In this document: in pieces, positions 8,826 through 17,843 of the stretch
How the letters are laid out: each line of letters opens with the position of its first letter
How positions within the stretch are numbered: the first letter of the stretch is position 1
Assembly: GCA_024626585.2 (NCBI GenBank)
Contig: JANKJI020000004.1
Span: 140,719,324 to 140,737,166, forward strand
Reading direction: 5' to 3'
DNA from: Ginkgo biloba
Lineage: Eukaryota > Plantae > Ginkgophyta
Length of the DNA stretch: 17,843 nucleotides
Notes under the pieces: generated by a model
The model's input: only the letters and a program-made list of their open reading frames with translations
Database searches by the model: none
Told to the model about the DNA's origin: nothing
Translations under genes and position numbers: made by a program

Positions 8826-10954
8826 GTAATTTTATCTCGTACATGCATGTATACAGAAGAGGGACCTGCGTAATATAACTATGGAATATCCTCTAGAAGT
8901 TAATTTTCTTAACAACATTGACTGTTAAAACATAGTGCAGAGTAGAAAATTTAATGTTGTTTCTTTGTTAAAGCATAGTAAGAGCAAGGAAACTTTTATT
9001 TCGTTCTATTATAGTCAGACCGGTGCTCTTTAATGGATTTGGGTTGGGTCTACTTGACCATTTTCCAGACTCCAGGGGATGTTAACAATGTATTCTACTA
9101 TATTCGATGGTACTGATGCTGACGAAATTTTGGTACTTGTGGAATTAAATTGAATTCGTACTATCATCCTCTAAGCTCAAAATTATGTTATGAATATATG
9201 TTTTACCTTTCCCTGTAAATTTAATCCTTATCTCAAAATAATTGTTTTAACAACATGTATCTTGGAAATGTTTTGGAGAGATGGAAAGCACTATGCTAAG
9301 GCGGANNNNNNNNNNNNNNNNNNNNNNNNNNNNNNNNNNNNNNNNNNNNNNNNNNNNNNNNNNNNNNNNNNNNTGGCTATGTACATTTCTAAGTTGAGCC
9401 TGAAAATTCAAAGCTGTTTGTGAAGTGTACAAATCATAAAGCTCTGTAAGATCTTGTTATATGCACATTGTCCAGACATGAATAAATGGTTGTAGTGCTC
9501 CATTGAAAAGTTTGCATAGTCCTAATTGTTATTCAGTTGTTGTTACAACTCAAACTTTGATGAATTTATCCTTGAAAAGTGGATCCATGAAAGCCTTGAG
9601 AAGTTTTATAGATTTAACACTAAGAGACAAANNNNNNNNNNNNNNNNNNNNNNNNNNNNNNNNNNNNNNNNNNNNNNNNNNNNNNNNNNNNNNNNNNNNN
9701 NNNNNNNNNNNNNNNNNNNNNNNNNNNNNNNGATATAGCCAAAATAGAACATAGATATACACCCTTCAGCTAGACTCTAATGCCAAAATAATCTGCAAAC
9801 AATATAGCCACACAAAAAGTCCATAGACTTGGTCCTAGCAGGGTTACTAGAGCATAACTCTCCCTCTTAGGGTATCCTTCAACCCTACTACCAGTCTGTC
9901 CTAAAATAATGCATGCGCAGGGCTAAATAATGGTAAAACACAGTTCAAAATAGGATAAAACAATCCTCTAGTAAATTACTCTAGCTAATTTCATGTTGCC
10001 CTATATTGGTCTTCAAGGTCTTTGCATAAAAGTAGGGAAATCGTGCTTGCATGATGCAATGGAGTACTTCCTTATGTTAGTTATTAATAGCTAACATCAT
10101 ACGAAGATTAGGTTATCATAAATGCATCATATCTAGCCCTCAATAGGAGATGTCGTACACTATATGAGTCGTTATCAAAAAATTAGGGTTTCAACTTATT
10201 TATATTAATTTATGCAAGCAAAATTCATAATACAAACAATTTATATTAATTTATCAATAGACATTTTCTATTAATTTATCTGCAGACAATTTATATTAAT
10301 TTACAACTATTTGGAGATTCTTCTGTAGAATTATAGTTTTTTAATACTCACAGATTTTGGAACTTTTTTTTCTTGAATTTATAAAAAAGATACAAGGGAA
10401 TCAAAGAAGAGAAAACTAGATTTGAGGGACTTACCTGGTCAAAATGCTCTAGCTGAAGATGCTAAAAGTATCTGTGCATAAAAATGTCTAGCCTCTAGGC
10501 TTGTAGTGCAATGTTTTACAATCTAACCTTTGACCGAGTCAAAATCAACATCTAAGGTGCCAATCCAAAATGCCTACGTCACTGTTTTGGGCAAGAAGGA
10601 ACTACATACGATGATTATGGTCCGAAATGATTCCATTGGGTGAGACGTCATCCCAAGGATGTAGCATTAACCATAGGTATGAAAAACTAAGGTTAGGTTA
10701 GATGTCATCTTGCTAGCTCAAATTCTACCTAACTATGTAGAAAATAGGTGTTGTTGTCCAAGCGTCCAACTATAATGATGTAAAAAATGGATAAAGTGAG
10801 ATGTCACTTATCTAGGCACAAACTAGCCTCATNNNNNNNNNNNNNNNNNNNNNNNNNNNNNNNNNNNNNNNNNNNNNNNNNNNNNNNNNNNNNNNNNNNN
10901 NNNNNNNNNNNNNNNNNNNNNNNNNNNNNNNNGAAGCTCAAGGGTTAACATGCC

Positions 10955-11040
10955 TCAATTTCTATATTTTCTAAATTTTGTTTTTCAATTTCAATATTTT
11001 CCAAATTATGTTTTTCAATTTCAATATTTTCCAAATTGTG
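10955..11040. repeat. 30-bp minisatellite, about 2.8 copies (TTTTTCAATTTCAATATTTTCCAAATTRTG)
   Basis: 10981-11010 and 11011-11040 differ at one base. A partial, diverged copy lies at 10955-10980. Confidence 0.92.
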
Positions 11041-11194
11041 TCCCCAAAGATGGTTTTGGAAGATAATTTTGCATATATTTTTTTCCTCGTACTTTGAGCC
11101 CCACATTGCAATACGCCTCTAGAAGGGTCAATAGAAGATGTTTTTAGAAATATTAAGTTTTAACTTTTTAAGCTAACTCTACCCTAGGTAACGA

Positions 11195-11460
11195 TTAGAG
11201 GAGGTTGTCAGTTTCAATAACGCAATGGGCTTCCCCTGTAATGATGTTGATTCTTGACATATTAAAAAATTGTGTGTCTAAGATAATTCTCTCAAACTCT
11301 GACACTTTCAAGGTGATCATAGAGGCCTTCTCAACCTCAAAGCGTTCTTGGTTTTGAAGATATGGGTGTGGTTTCCTTCCTATAGCTTCCACAGTCTCTA
11401 AAAGGGAACTCACATCTAGTGATATCAAAGCAATTCTTTTGATCTAGAACATCAATACAC
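11195..11460 (-). mobile_element. Possible degenerate Ty3/gypsy aspartic protease relic
   Basis: The minus-strand ORF KPHPY...VEK..MITLKV..F...ILD....M....II.G(KP with a frameshift) loosely follows the gypsy protease pattern PHP.PY...V...FSIG.Y.D...CDV..M...HILLGRPW. The resemblance is by eye only. Confidence 0.3.
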
Positions 11461-12188
11461 CAATTGTTACTAGCTCATCCATTGGTGTCAAATCCTTTTG
11501 GTACATAGCAAGTCTCTTCCTTTGGTCCTATCAAAGTTAGCCCCTTGATCTAGCTCTATTTAAATTTTTCCCTTCATTTGATAGCTATTAGAGTGTGTCT
11601 TTTGATCTAGAACATTATCATACATAGTCGTTTTCTTGATCCAATAATATTGAAGTGGTAACTTTATTGGGTATAGTTTTTTCACATTAAAAAATATTTT
11701 TATTTAATTATGCTTTATAAATTTCTTTAAGTTCGTTTTTAACCAAGAAGGTTTACATGTCCTTCAAAGAGTATATCTCTTGTGGTTCATTTCTTACAAA
11801 AGATAATCGACAAAGAAGGATGGACAAACTTTGCCAACAACAATAACATATAGCCATTCAATTATAAGAAAGAGAGACTTACTTGGCTCAAATTTGAAGA
11901 TCTCATGCTTGCTTCACACAACAAGACAAAATCCTAAAAACATCTTCAAATATGGAGGTTTCTATTCAACAATAGCTACAAAAGACACTACCTACATCAA
12001 CACTACTCAAGGGGTTCACTATTGCAACCTAGCAAAGCCAAGCAAATCTTATGTGATTCATTTCTTACAGAAGATAATTGACAAAGAANNNNNNNNNNNN
12101 NNNNNNNNNNNNNNNNNNNNNNNNNNNNNNNNNNNNNNNNNNNNNNNNNNNNNNNNNNNNNNNNNNNNNNNNNNNNNNNNNNNNNNNN

Positions 12189-12695
12189 AGGTATATGTAT
12201 ATTGAAGCAGAGTTGTCAACTAAATAATACAAAGACAATCAATGTAAATGATGATACAAGTTATGCCCACAAAATAATGCATTTGACTACGGAGGATTAT
12301 ATTATGGAAGAAATAATTGACGGGCCCATGTCTAAGGGTAACCATAATGAGGTGCTAAGAAGATGTAGGCTAGGGTTCTAATTACAGAGGCCCATTTAAG
12401 CATTTATGGGCACTCAAGCCTCTCATTTGTAAAAACTTTTGATTTGGAATTTTTTTGTGGAACATTTGCTTATTTGTGGCATTCTGCACTTAAGTGAATC
12501 CTTATGATCCTTTGGACTTACGTGAGTCCCTTGTGACATTTTAAGCATCATAGTGTGAGTGTTATTTGTGATCTATTGGGCTTTGTGTCATGGCTTATTC
12601 ATTATATGCTACATCATTTTTGTCTGTACTGTTATATTTTGTCAAATTCAATTTATTGTGGATTTTGAGCAGTGTAATCTATTTGGGTTGTTACA
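12189..12695 (+). mobile_element. Partial 5' LTR of an LTR retrotransposon
   Basis: It ends in TTACA directly before the PBS. The left edge is undefined: it may be in the gap 12089-12188, or possibly at TGTAA 12243. Confidence 0.6.
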
Positions 12696-12697
12696 AG

Positions 12698-12710
12698 TGG
12701 TATCAGAGCC
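12698..12710 (+). mobile_element. LTR-retrotransposon primer binding site complementary to initiator tRNA-Met
   Basis: TGGTATCAGAGCC lies 2 nt after ...TGTTACA (12695), the canonical LTR 3' end followed by PBS. Confidence 0.88.
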
Positions 12711-14884
12711 CAACTCCTAGTTCTTGTGGAGGTGTAGATCAAATCCGTTAAATTTGAGATTGTAGACATCCGAATTTTAGAATTATTTTTGCGTATTCAA
12801 AAAGATCAGATGCAGCTATATAATTTCAAAAACAAAGTGCTCGCTTTCAAGTCTTAAAGCTCTCAAAAGGTGCATTTTAAGTTGGCTTGAAAACCAACTC
12901 ATTTTTTTAGTTATTTCAAAGGGGTTTCACAAAAGCCAAAAGCTTCGACGAAAAATTGGAAAGACTATAAAAGTTTTTTGTATTACCTAAAAGTAGACAT
13001 CAAGGCGCACAGTTTCAAAAGAAGAATTGAGTTGATTCAGGATCAATATGCCCCCAGAAAGCTGAGCACAAGCTCAACTAGACTTTTGAGGCCAATTTGA
13101 AGAGGTGATTGAAATTACAAAATCTACAACACAAAGGCTACAACCAACAAAATAGCCAAATCTTAGCAGGAGGGAAAAACTACATGAAAAGGACACATGG
13201 GGTTCATCACAAGGCTATGTAGCATGGAGGCACAACTATATCTAGCAATCAACAACATTGAACAGACAATGAGGCAAAGGAGGGATACCTGGAAACTTTC
13301 AGCTATTGTACCGAAAGAAGTAAGTTGAAACCCACACTATCTTACCATAGGAGTACCAAAATGGGGCCAAGAAGAGAGGGCAACCTTGTAGCTATCATAT
13401 TAAATGATAGCTACAGAGCCACTAGACTGGCAAATGCTTTGCGGGAAAATCATGCTGAGCAGGGCGAGCATGTTGTTTTCCTAAGGCACAATTATATTGC
13501 AGAAGGAATAAATCCAAGGAGCCCACATGTTAAGGACTTAAGAACCATTAAAAGGTTTAAAATGATTCTTTAGAGTAGTCAGAATATGGGCACTAGAGTT
13601 CTTGGCACTAAGGAGCAAATTGGAGCCTAAATAGCAGCCTAAGCGTATGTAATAGAAGCTTGAGCAAGTTGCAGAAATTTGGAGTATATAAGGGCCAATA
13701 TTCTCCTCATTTAAGCATCATTCATCTTTAGTAGTTTCTACTTACTTTTTTCTTCCAAAAGAATTCCTTTGGAAGCAGGTGCTCCCAATACTTTTTTACC
13801 CTTCTCATTCTATTCTCTATCATTATTCATCACTCTCTTTCTTTGAATGTATATTATCTCTAACTCTTGATTAAGCATGACATTATTAGTATATTTCGTA
13901 TATTGGCATGCATTAGCTATCTTATGGAATTATTTGGTTATTTTTTAAATTATTCTAGTAAGTTTCCCATTTGGGACCTTACACAATTTTATACCTCTAC
14001 TTAAGGATCGCCATAGCTACAATTTTTCTTATGCTTTATGACTCCTATTAATCACAATGATTGGCACCTAAGTTCACAAATGTCATTGTTACTCTTCAAT
14101 ATAATCAGGATTACATGTAAAACTAAGCCATGGTCTATAACACGAACATAAAATGGCATTAATGTCACAATCAATTGATTCTTGATTCATTTTCTGATCA
14201 TTTCTTTATGCACAAATCTTGCTCTTTTTCAAGGGCCTCAAAAATATAGTCACACTGTGCTCACTAGCATTTATTGAAGTGATTATTAAATTGTCTGAGA
14301 AGGAAAAAAAAACAACCCTTTTCTCTTGGGGTGCTGTTGTATCCTCAAATAGGACCAAGACTTGAATGGTTTTGGCAAGCGACTATATCATACAATACTT
14401 CACTGGTAGTTCTTAGAAGGTATTATCGCCTTTTTTCTTAATTGTCGAATCTCGAGTGTCCATAGTCCCACCTTAGGTCTTTCCACAATAAATTCAAAAT
14501 GTCAATGCATTAGTGTTTTCAAGAGCAAGAAACAAATTATCCTCTCAGGACCAAAGTCATCTCACCCATGCCAAGCAACAAAATGCCTAGAAGTTTATTA
14601 AGGCTACTTATAACTTGAATAGTTATCATTTGTCCATTAAGCATTCATAAGTTTGTTACTATAAATTTGAGCAACCAATCATAATCTCCTCACTTACAAG
14701 TGTTAGAATTCGGTATGCAGACAATTGAGGAAATCGATTAACTAAGCAAAAATACAATCAATCACAGAGAAACATTCAACACACNNNNNNNNNNNNNNNN
14801 NNNNNNNNNNNNNNNNNNNNNNNNNNNNNNNNNNNNNNNNNNNNNNNNNNNNNNNNNNNNNNNNNNNNNNNNNNNNNNNNNNNN

Positions 14885-15786
14885 CCAATAATTGCCCTGT
14901 GATAGAAGGACTTGAAATGTAATAGTTGTTCTATTTGTACTTACAAGACAACCATGCTCCAACATGCACACATTTAGCATTAGCATACATAACATAATCA
15001 TTCACACATTGTAGGGTGCATAGATAGGGCTACTAATATGAAGGGATGGTGACATGGGGGCGACAACACCCATCACTAGATGTGGGGATGACCAATAGGC
15101 ATATTGCATTGGTAGCCAAACCTTTGGATGCATTCTTGTGCAATCATCAATGCCAAACAATTATTACTAATTTGCTAGACTTTATCCCTTCACCCATTGC
15201 CAATAAGGGTACATAGATAGGGCTACTAATCTTAAGGGACAGTGACATGGGGACAACAACACCCATTGTTTGACATGGGGATGACCAACGAGCTTATTTT
15301 GTTGGTAGCCAAACCTCGGGACGCATTCTTGTGTAATCATCAATGCTTAGCAGTCATTACCAATCTGTTAGACTCCATCTCTTCACCCAATACCAATAAG
15401 GATGCTAGGCCATAGGTATTGTTTCAACCCCTTTTCAACACCAAGAATACCCTTAGTAGAGTTCCATGCTTAACTAGCAGTATTTGTTTATATTAATTTT
15501 TGGTACCTTTCTACAGGTATCTTTTTAACCCATTTATATTAATTTATGGTACTCATGAATGACATTTTTGTGGGTTTCCTTTCAACTCGACAGTCACTTT
15601 GGGTCTATTTTAACTCATATAGCCAACAAAATAGAGGGTTATCCTTATCAACTTGTTAGCACCATCAATTATGAGGGATAAAAGATGATGGGGTATCCTT
15701 TCAACTTGATAGCCCTCATTCCAGGTTTATTGCAACCCTCTGCCAGTTTTAAACTTGTCCATGCAAAATAAAGGGGCTAATCAACA
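14885..15786. mobile_element. Probable degenerate LTR-like sequence with internal sub-repeats
   Basis: It contains the 193-bp duplication and several GGGTATCCTTTCAAC-like motifs, and ends in ...GGGGCTAATCAACA (CA terminus). No target-site duplication or partner LTR was identified. Confidence 0.35.
15013..15398. repeat. Two-copy tandem duplication, 193-bp period, about 81% identical
   Basis: 15013-15205 aligns without gaps to 15206-15398 (anchors tagatagggctactaat at 15021/15214 and ggtagccaaacc at 15111/15304). I counted 37 mismatches by hand. Confidence 0.95.
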
Positions 15787-16790
15787 AATATTGATTGCAA
15801 ATCCATGTCATTCCTAGAGCTAAGACCTACAGTTTTGTCATGGTAGGTTCCCCATTTGGTCTACTTTGTAAAGGAAGAGTTTCTTGTATTGCTTGTTACA
15901 TTGATTCACCATAGATAACATTTCTATCATCATTTCAACCATGAAAAGCCTTTGAAAAGAGACACCTTACTATTTTTGTGCCAACGATGCATAAATTACA
16001 TCACTGACAATTTGTATTGAAATATGGAAAAAAGATGATATGTAAAGTTACGGGCTTAGAATGCTCACCAATATGGAGGACTTAGTCAAAACACACTATA
16101 AATCGGGTTGATACAACTTCTAAAATATAGGCATCGTCTTCTAAGGATGCTTGCTTCACCTTTCTAGGAGGCTCTGAAAGCAATAATAATGAAGACACTA
16201 ACCCTAGGATGATGTCTCATCCTAGGATAGCAATGCTTCACAGCAAAATAGTGCTAAGACCTCTGGTGAGATGTCACTAGATAATCCACAAAATGCTACT
16301 CCAGATCAGANNNNNNNNNNNNNNNTAGAGCGCCCATCAAGCTAATACAATTTTGAAGCCAAAAGAGAGAGGAGTTAAGTCAAGAGTAAATGAATTTTCC
16401 AAGCTCAAGAAAACCTTTGCATCTATAACAAATATAGTCCATCAAACCTCCATAGAATAACGGGACTTGAAGTTGGACGTTTTCCAACTCCAACTGCACT
16501 TCTAAGGAGTTATTTTCCATGTGTTGTCATTCTATTGGAGTCACCTTACTAGAAGGCAACTTTTGGGCTTCTAATCACTTCATCTTTCTTTTCATTATGA
16601 CTTCTCTAGGTGGTGCTATTAAAAGTTGTAGTGTCTATGAATTGTCTTCCTTACTTTATTTTATACTTTTCCCCTTTTTCAACATGTAATNNNNNNNNNN
16701 NNNNNNNNNNNNNNNNNNNNNNNNNNNNNNNNNNNNNNNNNNNNNNNNNNNNNNNNNNNNNNNNNNNNNNNNNNNNNNNNNNNNNNNNNN

Positions 16791-17016
16791 TGTCAGCTAA
16801 TGAAGACGAGAAGCGAGTGGATGGCACACTCTTTTGTCAACTAGTTGGTAGTCTAATATATCTGATTACAACTAGACCTGACATCATTTTTGCTATGGGC
16901 ATAATATCCAGATTCATGACAACACCAAAACAAAATCAGTGGATGGCTGCAAAGCGGATTCTCAAGTATCTACAAGGCACTTTGGAGTATGGACTTGAAT
17001 TCGTGCACAGTGAGGA
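16791..17016 (+). mobile_element. Ty1/copia retrotransposon pol fragment (reverse transcriptase C-terminal region)
   Basis: VDGTLFCQLVGSLIYLITTRPDIIFAMGIISRFM..P....WMAAKRILKYLQGT..YGL is the canonical copia RT end (Y..LVGSL.YL..TRPDI.FAV...SRFM..P...H..AAKRILRYLKGT). It is an isolated contig piece between two N-gaps. Confidence 0.93.
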
Positions 17017-17843
17017 NNNNNNNNNNNNNNNNNNNNNNNNNNNNNNNNNNNNNNNNNNNNTTAGTGGGTGAGTCAAAATCTCCCAATGCAAATAACTATG
17101 GATTTTTGTTTTTAATTTATTTCAACAATATATTTAAAATTCTGTGTTTGAACATGTATGTAATCCCATCATAAATTCAAGAGCAAAAGAAATTGGAACA
17201 CACAAATATTTACACATAAACAAAATTTTTAACTGAAGAAATGCAATAGATGGTATGAGGGTTGTATCATATGGTATGGCGTTTGGGCTTAGTGGTGGGA
17301 ACCATCTAGCATGTCCTGTCAAGTCCTTGCAAATTACGCATGCTTAATTGGCATGTGGCTACATCGTCATGTCATGTCTTGGGTAACCATAAGTTAGAAT
17401 ACATACTTTGCTGCACTAATCCTTGTATGGGTGAGATGTGATGCAGATTCCACAAATATCTAGATTCGGCAGCCACTAATATTCTCTTAGGCTTAAGACT
17501 TCATTATAGCTTGCAAAATTGTGTTCATGTATTTTGCATATGCTCATCTTTGTATTACAGCCAGAGGTATGTTTCTTAATATAATTAAATGTTTCTATGA
17601 ATGAGGGATGGATGTCTCAATTGAGGAAACTATCATGGTGCCAAAGAGGGGTTGAGAAAAGTGTTGCAGGCTGGATAGCAAGCACGAATTACAGCAGGAA
17701 AAAGTGCAGAAAAAAGTTTTCGTTCAATGAACGAGTCGCTACAACTGAGTTCCGTTCCTGGCTCGTTTGCTGCCATTCGTTGCATTAATTAGGACTGTTT
17801 TTTAATTATTAGTTAGTTAGTCCAAGGGATGGGGAGCACCCCT

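Larger units (their letters stand above)
8826..17843 (+). other. Probable long intron (at least about 9 kb, continuing beyond the window) of the 5-phosphatase gene
   Basis: There is a donor after GNK at the usual family intron position. I could not find the expected next exon (GS.SVSM...FCF.C.HL.SG) in the sequenced bases. It could lie inside a gap. Confidence 0.65.

Noticed and set aside
7965-8873. 302-aa ORF as a standalone gene
   Set aside because: The start codon is non-ATG and both ends are intronic. Family similarity is limited to the exon 7994-8825.
12698-12710. tRNA-Met gene
   Set aside because: Only the 13-nt complement of the tRNA 3' end is present, which is a PBS and not a tRNA gene.
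13034-13080. gattcag|gatcaatatg as the missing next exon (GSIS...)
   Set aside because: The translation does not continue into SVSM/FCF/HL.SG motifs in any frame, and the phase does not fit.
11831-13573. ORFs 11831-12205 and 13325-13573 as genes
   Set aside because: Non-ATG starts, no recognisable domains, located in repeat/LTR-derived DNA, and one spans a gap.
15410-15745. Repeat-spacer pattern as a CRISPR-like array
   Set aside because: The repeats are highly degenerate and irregularly spaced, there are no cas genes, and the context is eukaryotic TE sequence.
14701-15786. Complete solo LTR from TGTTAG (14701) to TCAACA (15786)
   Set aside because: The flanks (acaag and aatat) do not form a target-site duplication, and a gap of unknown size lies inside.

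Overview
AT-rich eukaryotic genomic DNA from a fragmented assembly (14 N-gaps, seven of exactly 100 N). It is inferred to come from a large-genome land plant, possibly a gymnosperm. The window holds the 5' half of a spliced + strand gene for a plant type I inositol polyphosphate 5-phosphatase (IP5P1/IP5P2-like). Three exons are well supported (4576-4663, 4780-4884, 7994-8825) and one upstream exon is tentative (about 4401-4503). The intron at 4885-7993 carries a decayed LINE endonuclease fragment. After 8825 I found no further exon in about 9 kb, which instead contains LTR-retrotransposon debris: an LTR end with a tRNA-iMet PBS, a Ty1/copia RT fragment, a possible gypsy protease relic and LTR-like sub-repeats. 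I found no convincing novel multi-gene system. The most notable observations are a triplicated [LF]xRVxS...EQ motif inside the phosphatase insert, an endonuclease-only LINE relic close to an exon, a repeat/hairpin cluster upstream of the gene and a candidate 6-nt microexon.
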